The translations under genes and the position numbers were made by a program. 64,000 nt of DNA from Nitrosospira sp. (GTDB lineage Bacteria; Pseudomonadota; Gammaproteobacteria; Burkholderiales; Nitrosomonadaceae), in contig DASZUL010000047.1 of NCBI GenBank assembly GCA_035547595.1, forward strand, positions 27,160 through 91,159, given 5' to 3'. The first letter of the stretch is position 1; each line of letters begins with the position of its first letter. The notes beneath the pieces were generated by a model. It did no database searches, was not told the origin of the DNA, and worked only from the letters and a program-made list of their open reading frames with translations. Positions 1-9,346 of the stretch are shown piece after piece.

Positions 1-828
1 ACCTGTCGAGAACGCGGCGCAACAAAGAGGCGCCGGCGAACCGTTGTTGCGGTAGACGGCGATAACATTGCCTGGGCCGCTGCCGGTATGTCCCGCGACC
101 AATGTTCCCCCTTCAACTTTTCCTGCCATGATGCCGAGCCCATACCCTGGCGATATCCATGGCCGGCCGGCCATGGCTTCACCAATACGCCGGCTATCAA
201 GCATGGCAGTCAATAAATCCCCGGGAAGCAAGGATCTAGCCATTAACCGGTCCAATAACAACGCAGCCTCATGAAGCGGTCCCACCAACAACCCGTGGTA
301 AACCCAGCCTGTTCGTAGTTGGCGGCGCTCCCCATCTCGACCTCTATCAGGTCTTGACGCGATGTAGCCCAGCCGCACATGGTTGAGTCCTAAGGGGCGA
401 AGGACTAATCGCCGTAGCGCAGCCTCGAACTCCTCGCCGGCCTCAAGCTCGATAAGATGCCGCACATATAGATACCCGATATTGGAATATGCCCAGCCAC
501 TGCCAGGCGGATAACGCAAGCTTTTCGCATTCGCTCGTGCCAGCATCTCTTCATCCGGCCAAGGCGGGTGATTCCGCTCAACCGCTAGATGGTAGTCAGG
601 TAGCTGCCCGTAGTCCGGAAGCCCTGCTTGATGGCGTAATAGCTGCCGAAGGGTGAACGGTTGATTTTCGATCGCTTTGTCCAGTGACAGCAGTTTGTCA
701 CGCACCAGGACGAGTGCCGCGGTAGCGATGACAGTTTTGCTGAAGTTCCACCAGGGCACCGTAATGGCTTTGCCTGTTTGCGAGATTACCTTGCCGTTCC
801 GGACAAATGCATGAAACATGAGCGGCAT
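1..828 (-). CDS. Beta-lactamase-family serine hydrolase, running off the left edge; possibly inactivated
   Basis: Missing from the ORF track because it has no stop in the window. Hand translation from ATG 828: MPLMFHAFVRNGKVISQTGKAITVPWWNFSKTVIAT...TLRQLLRHQAGLPDY...GWAYSNIGY...GYGLGIM...AGHTGSGPG. YxN and HTG motifs are present; SxxK reads NFSK. Confidence 0.8.
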   Translation of the reverse strand, partial: MPLMFHAFVRNGKVISQTGKAITVPWWNFSKTVIATAALVLVRDKLLSLDKAIENQPFTLRQLLRHQAGLPDYGQLPDYHLAVERNHPPWPDEEMLARANAKSLRYPPGSGWAYSNIGYLYVRHLIELEAGEEFEAALRRLVLRPLGLNHVRLGYIASRPDRGRDGERRQLRTGWVYHGLLVGPLHEAALLLDRLMARSLLPGDLLTAMLDSRRIGEAMAGRPWISPGYGLGIMAGKVEGGTLVAGHTGSGPGNVIAVYRNNGSPAPLCCAAFSTG

Positions 829-920
829 ATGGCATAAGCAGGCATTGTCCGCATCCGGGGCCTTCGACGCGTTTCTTTGACGCGCTCTTTTGGCGGATCC
901 TGGCCTGCCAACGCGCTTCC

Positions 921-1715
921 TTAGGGAACGGTATTCATTGCGGGAGCAGATTCCGGTTTCGTGGCTTCATCCCGCCTCTTCCTCAATTCCTTTGTGTCGA
1001 GATCGATGACCCTTGGATCCTTTGCGTCCCATTCCCCGCCTTGCAGATCCGGCGCCTGTTTATCCTTTTCCCTGTTCCTCGATGCGACAGTCCTGGCGCC
1101 GACAATTTTCGGGTCCTGACCCTTCACGTCGCCTTGCCTTGCCTCCCTGGTCCTGGAATCCTTGGGTTTGCCATCTTTACCCTTAGTCTGTTTTGCCTTT
1201 GCATCCCGTTCCCCCTTCGGGGCATTCGCATCACCGTATCTGTTCTTCAGGTCATGGGCGAGCGCGACATAGCTCCGATTTTCATTTTGCATCTGTCCAT
1301 GCAACTGGACATATTGCAGGTTATAGTTTGTACGCGCGCTCTCCAGTTGGCGTAATTTGTCCTCCAGCACGCGCTTGTTATGGGAACTGCTCTTTACTTC
1401 CACAGCCTTGGCCGCCACCATAACATCCTCGATTTTCTGGCTCAGCTGCTTGAATAGCTGGGCCGTGCCAGCAGCAGCGGCGCTATAGCGCCGATAGTGG
1501 AGCTCCATCTGTTCCAGCTCGGTCAGCTGTTCGTTGCCGGACGGGGCGGGCAGGGGGGTATTCTCCGCTGCCCCGGCATGCTCCGCCCGCGATGTTTTCT
1601 CCGCCTGTGCCGTGCTGGCACCCGGCAGGCATAGGCCATATGCCGATATCGCCAGTATGGCCAGCGTCACCGCGCTGGTTTTCCGGCGGGATGAAATTCT
1701 GCTATGGAAAGCCAT
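921..1715 (-). CDS. Hypothetical secreted protein with a helical/coiled-coil core and a charged, low-complexity C-terminal tail
   Basis: Signal-peptide-like N-terminus ending ASTAQA; amphipathic helices; Lys/Asp/Arg-rich tail. Confidence 0.7.
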   Translation of the reverse strand: MAFHSRISSRRKTSAVTLAILAISAYGLCLPGASTAQAEKTSRAEHAGAAENTPLPAPSGNEQLTELEQMELHYRRYSAAAAGTAQLFKQLSQKIEDVMVAAKAVEVKSSSHNKRVLEDKLRQLESARTNYNLQYVQLHGQMQNENRSYVALAHDLKNRYGDANAPKGERDAKAKQTKGKDGKPKDSRTREARQGDVKGQDPKIVGARTVASRNREKDKQAPDLQGGEWDAKDPRVIDLDTKELRKRRDEATKPESAPAMNTVP

Positions 1716-1891
1716 GATAAACTCCTGAATGTGACGTTCTTCGTGATCTGCGCTACCAACACATTGTGATCAAGGCGCTGGCAACATGGTATACCCATTC
1801 GCAATGCTGACCAAGGGCGCCACGATAATTCTAACCGGATCAGGATCCTGGCTGTACGCAAATCAAATATAGGATCTTTACGCCTACCAAA

Positions 1892-2524
1892 ATGACTTCG
1901 ACAACGTTTTTCGGCAAGTTCATTACCCTTGAGGGCATGGACGGAGCGGGCAAAAGTACGCAGCTGCAAAGGATCGAGAAGTTTTTGCTCGAAAAAGGGA
2001 AACCGGTGGTCATCACCCGCGAGCCGGGCGGCACGCCTCTTGGGGAAAAATTGCGGGAACTGCTGCTGGACACGGATCAGCCGATGCACCCGGAAACCGA
2101 GGCGCTGATGATGTTTGCGGCCCGCCGGGAGCATCTGGACAAGGTTATTTTTCCAGCCGTCGAAAGAGGCGACTGGGTAATCTCGGATCGATTCACGGAT
2201 GCGAGTTTTGCGTACCAAGGTGGCGGCAGGGGAATGTCCCTGCGCAAGCTCGAAGACCTGGAAGCATGGGTCCATGGAGAATTTCAACCCGACCTTACGC
2301 TTTATTTCGATGTGCCGGTAGAAGTGGGGAGGCAGCGTGTCCATGCCGCAAAGCCGCCAGACCGGTTTGAAAAAGAACGTGACGAGTTTTTTCGTGGGGT
2401 GCGGGCCGCCTATCTGGAGCGGGCAAGAAAATTCCCTTCGCGCATACGCGTGATCGACGCCAGCGTCCCGCTGGACGAAGTCACGAAATCGGTGGACGAT
2501 TTGCTTTCTTCCATTTTGCGATGA
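1892..2524 (+). CDS. tmk: Thymidylate kinase
   Basis: P-loop EGMDGAGKST, TREPGGT and SDRFTDASFAYQGGGRG motifs. Confidence 0.97.
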   Translation: MTSTTFFGKFITLEGMDGAGKSTQLQRIEKFLLEKGKPVVITREPGGTPLGEKLRELLLDTDQPMHPETEALMMFAARREHLDKVIFPAVERGDWVISDRFTDASFAYQGGGRGMSLRKLEDLEAWVHGEFQPDLTLYFDVPVEVGRQRVHAAKPPDRFEKERDEFFRGVRAAYLERARKFPSRIRVIDASVPLDEVTKSVDDLLSSILR

Positions 2525-3621
2525 ATGATATTTTTTCCTGGCAGCAGGATTTATGGCGACTGCTGGCAACCGGCGATCGACCAGGTCAGGGGAAGACCTC
2601 CCTGGGCCACGCGCTGCTCCTGAGGGGCAGGAAAGGCATCGGCAAATTCGCATTCGCTCGATGCCTGGCCAAGTCGCTGCTATGCCGCAACCCAGCGGCT
2701 GAATGCCTGCCATGCGGGACATGCGCGAGTTGCGTGTGGTTTGAAAGCGGCGGCCATCCCGATTTCCGTTTGATCGAACCCGAAATCTTTTCACAAGGGT
2801 CCGATTCATCGGATTCCGCGGAAGCCACCGGTGAAAAATCGGCTGCCGAGGATGAAATTACCGGCGGAAAGAAAGTGGCGAAAAAACCCAGCAAGCAGAT
2901 TATCGTGGAGCAGGTTCGGAATACGGTCGATTTCGTCAACATATCCAGCCACCAAAGCGGCTACAAGATCGTACTGATCCATCCGGCGGAGGCGATGAAT
3001 GCCGCCGCCGCCAATGCCCTGCTGAAAAACCTGGAGGAGCCGCCGGCACGCACCCTGTTCATCCTGGTAACGCATCAGGCGCAATATCTGCTCCCGACCA
3101 TACGCAGCCGCTGCCGCCAGGTCGCGATGCCTATGCCGGACCGCACTGTCGCACTCGACTGGCTCAGGCAGCAGGGAATTAAAAGTCCGGAAAGCTGCCT
3201 TGCCTCCGCCGGCTATGCACCGCTTGCGGCACTGGCATTCAGCGATCAGGATTACCTTGATCTGCATGACAGCTTCATACGGCAAGTCAGCACGCGGGAC
3301 CTCGATCCGGTGGGTCTCGCGGAGAAGATGCAGAAAGCAGACCTGGTGACGATCGTGAGCTGGCTGCAGAAATGGGGTTACGACCTGGTGAGCTTTCGCA
3401 TCACCGGGGAAATACGTTACCACCCCGATAGGGCGGGGACCATACAGTCCCTGGCCTATGGCGTCGATCTCCGGCAGCTGGGCGCCTACCTGCGCAGCTT
3501 GAACGATGCACAGCAGCTTGCAGCCCATTCTCTCAATCCGCGCCTGTTCCTCGAGGATCTGCTGTTTTCCTATCTCCAGGCGCTGTCCTCCCGCCCACCG
3601 GACGCAAGCGCATATGGGTAA
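2521..3621 (+). CDS. holB: DNA polymerase III subunit delta'
   Basis: GRKGIGK, Cys cluster CxxxxxxxxPCGxCxxC, HPDF, AANALLKNLEEPP, LLPTIRSRC; 4-nt overlap with tmk. Confidence 0.95.
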   Translation: MNDIFSWQQDLWRLLATGDRPGQGKTSLGHALLLRGRKGIGKFAFARCLAKSLLCRNPAAECLPCGTCASCVWFESGGHPDFRLIEPEIFSQGSDSSDSAEATGEKSAAEDEITGGKKVAKKPSKQIIVEQVRNTVDFVNISSHQSGYKIVLIHPAEAMNAAAANALLKNLEEPPARTLFILVTHQAQYLLPTIRSRCRQVAMPMPDRTVALDWLRQQGIKSPESCLASAGYAPLAALAFSDQDYLDLHDSFIRQVSTRDLDPVGLAEKMQKADLVTIVSWLQKWGYDLVSFRITGEIRYHPDRAGTIQSLAYGVDLRQLGAYLRSLNDAQQLAAHSLNPRLFLEDLLFSYLQALSSRPPDASAYG

Positions 3622-3664
3622 TGGGTAATCGATATTCGATAAGGAGACGCCAATAGAGCTTTAC

Positions 3665-4309
3665 ATGCCTGCCATGCGCCATCTTTCCGCAATCGACGAG
3701 GACTGGGCGCGCCTGGTCGAGCGCGTTGGCCCGTGCGGACACCGGCAACATCCGTCGCGGGAACCATACGAGGCACTGATCAGGGCGGTTGCGTACCAGC
3801 AATTGCACAGCCGGGCAGCGGACGCAATTATCGGGAGATTCCTGGATCTATACCCGGTCGCTGAGCCCGAAGGAATTTTTCCAGCTCCGCGCCAGATATT
3901 GGCGACGAGCCCGGAAGAGTTGCGGGCCTGCAGCTTTTCGGTGCGAAAGATCACGACCATCATGAGCATCGCCGAGGGCGTCCTGAGCGGGCTGGTCCCT
4001 TCGCTCGAAGAAGCCACCCGCATGGAAGACGATGAGTTGATCGTCCGGCTCACCGCGCTGCCGGGAATAGGCCGGTGGACCGTGGAAATATTCCTCATCT
4101 ATACGCTGGGACGCATCGATATCATGCCGGCGGACGATTTCGGGATACGGGAGGGATACCGGTTTCTGAAATCCCTGGAAATCCTTCCTACCCGCCGGGA
4201 GATGGAAGCGGCTGCCTTGCCGTGCAGCCCTTACCGGACGATAGCATCCTGGTACTTATGGCGCGCCGTTTCCTTGCCCGGCTACAGCAGAGTGAGGAAG
4301 AAAAGATAG
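3665..4309 (+). CDS. alkA: DNA-3-methyladenine glycosylase II (HhH-GPD family)
   Basis: HhH motif LTALPGIGRWT, catalytic-Asp region PADDFGIR, C-terminal PYRTIASWYLWR. Confidence 0.9.
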   Translation: MPAMRHLSAIDEDWARLVERVGPCGHRQHPSREPYEALIRAVAYQQLHSRAADAIIGRFLDLYPVAEPEGIFPAPRQILATSPEELRACSFSVRKITTIMSIAEGVLSGLVPSLEEATRMEDDELIVRLTALPGIGRWTVEIFLIYTLGRIDIMPADDFGIREGYRFLKSLEILPTRREMEAAALPCSPYRTIASWYLWRAVSLPGYSRVRKKR

Positions 4310-4630
4310 CCTGGAGCATAAACCAGCTGCTGAACCTGCCGTTCTTCGCCTGCCATTACGCGACATGCATCCGGAGGGAGATAAAACGGCCCGGGAGCCA
4401 CCCCGGCACCATTGAAGTAACGGGTGATATCGGATAAAGTGAACGAAGCGAAAAATGCCTTGTTAGCCATCCTTGGCCCATCCGGGCCGGATTTCAACAG
4501 ATGGAGTGGAATGCCATCACGTCTGCCTCATCAGTTTCGATTGTAAAGGATCGTGACATTCAGCCCGATCATCGCAAGCAAATACCGAGCTTCATTATCT
4601 TTCACTCAGGCAATATGAGGTTTTGTATCC

Positions 4631-5395
4631 ATGCTTGTTGACTCCCACTGTCACCTGGATTTTCCTGATCTGGCAAGCCGCCTCGACGACGTGATGGCAA
4701 GTATGCGGGACAACGAGGTCAGCCATGCCCTGTGCGTAAGCGTGAATCTCGAGAATTTTCCGCGCGTGCTTGCCCTGGCGGAAACTCATCCCAACCTCTT
4801 TGCCTCGGTAGGGGTTCATCCCGATTATGAGAACCTGGAGGAACCTCAAGCTGCGCAACTGGCGTCCCTGGCTAGGAACCCGAGAATTGTCGCTATCGGG
4901 GAAACGGGGCTGGATTACTTCCGCCTCAAGGGAGACCTGGAGTGGCAGCGCGAGCGTTTCCGCCAGCATATCCGTGCGGCAAGGGAGAGCGGCAAGCCGC
5001 TCATCATTCATACGCGCGCAGCCGCGGAGGACACGCTGCGTATCATGGCCGAGGAGGGCGCCGACCGAGTCGGCGGAGTCATGCACTGCTTTACCGAAAG
5101 CTGGGAAGTGGCGCAGCAGGCGATGGAAATGAATTTTTATATTTCGTTTTCTGGCATCGTTACCTTCAAGAACGCGGTAGCGCTAAAGGACGTAGCCAGA
5201 AAAATCAGGCTGGAGAGGGTGCTGATCGAAACCGATTCACCCTACCTCGCTCCTGTGCCGCACCGGGGTAAAATCAATCAGCCCGCCTTCGTACGCCACG
5301 TGGCGGAGGAAATAGCCGCGCTGCGGGGTATCGGGGTGGAGGAGGTTGCTGCTGTTACTACGGCCAATTTCTTTAATCTTTTCAAGGCAGTATGA
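4631..5395 (+). CDS. TatD-family hydrolase/DNase (YcfH-like)
   Basis: DSHCHL, GVHP, IGETGLDY, HTR, HCF and ETDSPYLAP motifs. Confidence 0.95.
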   Translation: MLVDSHCHLDFPDLASRLDDVMASMRDNEVSHALCVSVNLENFPRVLALAETHPNLFASVGVHPDYENLEEPQAAQLASLARNPRIVAIGETGLDYFRLKGDLEWQRERFRQHIRAARESGKPLIIHTRAAAEDTLRIMAEEGADRVGGVMHCFTESWEVAQQAMEMNFYISFSGIVTFKNAVALKDVARKIRLERVLIETDSPYLAPVPHRGKINQPAFVRHVAEEIAALRGIGVEEVAAVTTANFFNLFKAV

Positions 5396-6048
5396 TGATA
5401 TCTTCAACTAAATTCTGGTATTTTCCCCGCTTGCTGCTTGTCATCGGTTTTTTCCTGGCGCCCCCTGCCTCGGCAGGCGTGTATGAGGAGCTGCGCTCGG
5501 CAGTGGAATCTAATCATACGGGAGACATAGCGAAGCTGCTTGCCCGCGGCGCCGACCCCAATACGCCCGACGAGCAGGGAAATACGCTGCTGATGATCGC
5601 CGTCCGGAACAACAATCCCGAACTGGTGGACATCCTCATGAATTCTGGCGCCAAGCTCAACCTGCGCAACCGGTATGGCGAAACCGCTATAATGCTCGCG
5701 AGCTACAACGGACTGTATGACATCGTCGAAAAACTCTATGTCAAGGGAGCGGAAATCAAGCATGATGGCTGGAATCCGCTGCTCTATGCGGCGACCAACG
5801 GCCACACCCGGATAATCCAGTTGCTCCTGGATGGAGGCGTTCCCGTCAATTCGGCCTCGCCCAACGGCACCACGCCATTGATGATGGCGGCACGGGGAAA
5901 CCACACGGATGCCGTCAACGTCCTGCTGAAAAACGGAGCGGACCCCAATCTGAGAAATGATTCGGGAAAGACCGCCGTTGCGTTTGCGCTGGGACGGAAT
6001 CATTCGCAAGCCGCCGAGCTGTTGCGATCCAGCGGGGCGAAAGAATGA
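5392..6048 (+). CDS. Exported ankyrin-repeat protein
   Basis: Repeated GxT[PA]Lxx[AS]AxxG/N units; hydrophobic signal peptide; 4-nt overlap with the TatD-family gene. Confidence 0.9.
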   Translation: MMISSTKFWYFPRLLLVIGFFLAPPASAGVYEELRSAVESNHTGDIAKLLARGADPNTPDEQGNTLLMIAVRNNNPELVDILMNSGAKLNLRNRYGETAIMLASYNGLYDIVEKLYVKGAEIKHDGWNPLLYAATNGHTRIIQLLLDGGVPVNSASPNGTTPLMMAARGNHTDAVNVLLKNGADPNLRNDSGKTAVAFALGRNHSQAAELLRSSGAKE

Positions 6049-6074
6049 AAGCAGCGGCACCTTGACGAAAGCAT

Positions 6075-6461
6075 ATGGCGGCGATAGCCTTCAATCACTA
6101 CAATCTGCGCGCGCCCCGAGAACTCATGGACCGGCTCAGGGATTTCTATTGCGACATCATCGGCCTCCGGCTGGGCAAGCGGCCAGACCTGGGAAGCTTC
6201 GGATACTGGCTTTATGCGGGCAGCGACTGCGTTCTTCATCTAAGTCAGGCGAGGGCGGGTGAATCGCGCCTCACCCATGCCTCCACGACATTCGACCATG
6301 TCGCGTTTACCTGTACGGGCCGTCCGGAGATGGAAGCGCGCCTCGGCCGGCACAACATACCATTCTCCCGCGGCGAGGTGGCGGAGCTCGGAATCCATCA
6401 ACTTTTCTTGCAGGATCCGGCCGGGAATGGCGTGGAGTTGAGTTTTAAAGAGTCGTGCTAA
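6075..6461 (+). CDS. VOC/glyoxalase-family protein
   Basis: FNHYNL, LHL, FDHVAF and DPAGNGVEL metal-ligand motifs. Confidence 0.88.
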   Translation: MAAIAFNHYNLRAPRELMDRLRDFYCDIIGLRLGKRPDLGSFGYWLYAGSDCVLHLSQARAGESRLTHASTTFDHVAFTCTGRPEMEARLGRHNIPFSRGEVAELGIHQLFLQDPAGNGVELSFKESC

Positions 6462-6519
6462 AAATCCGGATTTCAACTTCCGGATAAGCCATGCAACAGC
6501 CTATTTCGGGGAGGAAAAC

Positions 6520-7122
6520 ATGACAAAAATTCTTGTGCTTTATTACAGCATGTACGGCCATGTCGAAACCATGGCAGGGGCGGTCGCCGAAGGCGCCCGC
6601 AGCCTCGAGGGAACGGAAGTCGTTATCAAGCGGGTGCCGGAACTGATGGCGGAAGAGATCGCGCGCAAGGCAGGCGCCAAGCTGGAGCAGGTGGCGCCTA
6701 TCGCCACGGTGGACGAGCTGCCTTCCTACGATGGCATCATTTTTGGCACGCCGACCCGTTTCGGCAACATGTGCGCGCAAATGCGCAACTTCCTGGACCA
6801 GACAGGGAAATTATGGTTGAGCGGCGGATTGATCGGGAAGGTAGCCAGCGTTTTTACCTCGACGGCCACGCAGCATGGCGGCCAGGAAACCACCATCACG
6901 TCCTTTCACAACACATTGCTGCACCAGGGCATGATCATCGTGGGGGTGCCTTATTCCTGCCAGGGATTGCTCAATATGAGCGAGATCACGGGAGGATCGC
7001 CTTACGGCGCGGCCACGCTTGCCGGCGGCGACGGCAGCCGAAGGCCATCGGAGAATGAATTGACCATCGCCCGGTTTCAGGGCAGGCACGTTGCGGAGAT
7101 CACGAAAAGACAATGCACATGA
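6520..7122 (+). CDS. wrbA: NAD(P)H:quinone oxidoreductase type IV
   Basis: [24 protein letters not shown] and GGSPYGA motifs. Confidence 0.96.
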   Translation: MTKILVLYYSMYGHVETMAGAVAEGARSLEGTEVVIKRVPELMAEEIARKAGAKLEQVAPIATVDELPSYDGIIFGTPTRFGNMCAQMRNFLDQTGKLWLSGGLIGKVASVFTSTATQHGGQETTITSFHNTLLHQGMIIVGVPYSCQGLLNMSEITGGSPYGAATLAGGDGSRRPSENELTIARFQGRHVAEITKRQCT

Positions 7123-7156
7123 TTTTCCCGGCTGCTGAACGGATCGCGGGGATTGC

Positions 7157-7903
7157 ATGATGGGGAAACCGCTCGAAGGCAAGGTTGCCATCGTTACCGG
7201 CGCATCCCGCGGCATAGGTGCGGAAATTGCCCGTCTGCTGGCCGGCGCGGGTGCGAAGGTCATCATCAACTATTTCAGCAATCGCCAGGCTGCCGAAGTC
7301 GTCTGCAGCGAAATAATAGAGGCGGGGGGAGAGGCGCTTTCCGTCCGGGCGGACGTAAGCCACGCCGCAGAGGTGCGCATACTTTTTGATGCCGCTATCG
7401 GCCGGTTCGGGTGCGTGGATATCCTGGTCAACAACGCCGGTATCCTCCTCTCACGGGAAATTGCCGACATCCGCGACGAAGAGTTCGACCGCGTTTGGAG
7501 CATCAATACGCGCAGCGTGTTCTATGCCTTGCGGGAAGCCGCCACGCGGTTGGCGGACGGAGGACGGGTGGTCAGCCTGTCGAGCACGGTCACGCGGCTG
7601 ATGCTGCCCAATTATGCCGCCTATGCGGCAAGCAAAGGCGCGGTCGAGCAGTTGACGCGCATTTTTGCGAAAGAAGCAGGAGGTCGCGGCATTACGGCCA
7701 ATATCGTTTCTCCCGGTCCGGTGAATACAGAGATGTTCACCACGGGAAAAAGCGAAGAGACGATCAAGCGCATGGCTGCGATGTCGTTCCAGGGACGCGT
7801 CGGCGAACCGAGGGATGTCGCCAATCTGGTGCTTTTTCTGGTAAGCGACGAAGCGGCCTGGATTACCGGACAGAATATCAGTGTGAGCGGCGGGGCGGCA
7901 TGA
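7157..7903 (+). CDS. SDR-family oxidoreductase
   Basis: TGASRGIG, NNAG, YAASK and PGPVNT motifs. Confidence 0.92.
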   Translation: MMGKPLEGKVAIVTGASRGIGAEIARLLAGAGAKVIINYFSNRQAAEVVCSEIIEAGGEALSVRADVSHAAEVRILFDAAIGRFGCVDILVNNAGILLSREIADIRDEEFDRVWSINTRSVFYALREAATRLADGGRVVSLSSTVTRLMLPNYAAYAASKGAVEQLTRIFAKEAGGRGITANIVSPGPVNTEMFTTGKSEETIKRMAAMSFQGRVGEPRDVANLVLFLVSDEAAWITGQNISVSGGAA

Positions 7904-8058
7904 TCTTCGGCTCCTTCCCGTCTTGCTTTGCTGTTGCCTGCCGATTTTACGCGGAATAAACACGATGAAAACGTGTAAGCCTGGAATTTTTCCGGGGCAA
8001 TCCCGGAAATGGGCATAGCGATTTCCGCACTGACAATCCCCACTTTGGCCTGTGCCGT

Positions 8059-8748
8059 ATGAGCGACTATCCGATTATCGCGCTGAATCTGGCAACGGCG
8101 CTGGCGGCGGGCGCGGTGATAGGCCTGGAAAGGACGATCCACGGACATCCCGCCGGCTTCAGGACCCATGCGCTCGTATGCCTGGCCTGCAGTCTTCTCA
8201 TGGTGATGACCTCATACCAATCCCATTGGCTGCACGGTGCAACGGTCGGTTCGATAGGAGCGGATAGCAGCAGGATGGCGCAGGGGATAATGACGGGTGT
8301 CGGATTTCTGGGCGCGGGAGTTATTTTCAAGGAAGGAATGACCATCCGCGGCCTGACCACCGCCGCTTCCATCTGGACCACCGCAGCCATCGGTATTTTG
8401 CTGGGTCTGGGATTTTACTTTCCCGCGCTTTTGGGAACCGGCCTCATGCTTGGAGTGCTCACTTTGTTCAATTCGCTTGAAAGGACGCTTCCCCGAGAAT
8501 CTTATGCCCAATACCACGTGAGCTTCGACAGAAACGACATCATGCCGGAACACCAGGTCCGGAGGATGGTCGCCGACCATGGGTTTGAGATCGCGAACAT
8601 GAGCTATCGCATTACGTCGGAGGGATTGTTCGAATACCGCATGGATATCCGCACCAAGCGGAATCCGGCGACGACTGCCCACCTTGCGGAAACGTTGCGC
8701 AAATCCGAAATGGTGCGGGACTTCCGCATTTCCACGACCGGCAACTAA
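8059..8748 (+). CDS. MgtC/SapB-family membrane protein
   Basis: IGLER...AGFRTHALV, RMAQGIMTGVGFLGAGVI and GLTTAASIW motifs; C-terminal ACT-like region. Confidence 0.9.
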   Translation: MSDYPIIALNLATALAAGAVIGLERTIHGHPAGFRTHALVCLACSLLMVMTSYQSHWLHGATVGSIGADSSRMAQGIMTGVGFLGAGVIFKEGMTIRGLTTAASIWTTAAIGILLGLGFYFPALLGTGLMLGVLTLFNSLERTLPRESYAQYHVSFDRNDIMPEHQVRRMVADHGFEIANMSYRITSEGLFEYRMDIRTKRNPATTAHLAETLRKSEMVRDFRISTTGN

Positions 8749-8825
8749 GAAAATCCTTGAAACCCTGCGCGACCCGGCTTCCAAGGAGGACCCGGGATTC
8801 ATCTCGGTCTTTGCGGAGTGCTGCT

Positions 8826-9107
8826 TTACAAGGCGGCGATAACCACTCTCGCTCTTGCCGCTGCATTGCCGTCGCTGGCCTGGATCGCGTGAACGCCTTC
8901 GCTTTTCACCTTGTCCATGGCCATGCAAAAATCCCGTATTTCCATGCAATCCCTTGCCCATTCCCCGGGTTCGGTTTCATATGCCGCGTCGTCCATGGTC
9001 ATCGCCGCCGCTTCCCAGTGGCCATGGGCCATTTCCACCATGGCGATCTTGCATCGTGTGATTTGTTCGGGCGGCGCTGCCATCAGAAGTTCGAATATAT
9101 TTTTCAT
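8826..9107 (-). CDS. Small Met/Cys-rich hypothetical protein
   Basis: GGAGG RBS 6 nt before the ATG; ORF fills the intergenic gap; no family recognised. Confidence 0.6.
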   Translation of the reverse strand: MKNIFELLMAAPPEQITRCKIAMVEMAHGHWEAAAMTMDDAAYETEPGEWARDCMEIRDFCMAMDKVKSEGVHAIQASDGNAAARARVVIAAL

Positions 9108-9346
9108 GATGTACCTCCACGCTTTTCACTTTCCTTACATTAGTAAGACAGCAGCTTTTTATCGAGGTGCCCATCTTTTTTCCTGATTTTTTACGAGGAT
9201 CTGTTCAACAGCTCACCGGATGGGCGGGATAAGCGTAGCACAGGCTGTAGACCAGGATGGGCGGAGCAAAGGGTAACCCATCATTTTCCTGGTATTGGAA
9301 ATATTTTTTACGGGTGCGTTTTGCTCCGGCACTCCACGCAAGCAAG

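Noticed and set aside
1667-2809. Long antisense ORFs (also 9257..10165, 17441..18226, 24278..25264, 40855..41814, 41754..43241, 43181..44581)
   Set aside because: Shadow frames opposite well-supported genes in GC-rich coding DNA; no motifs.
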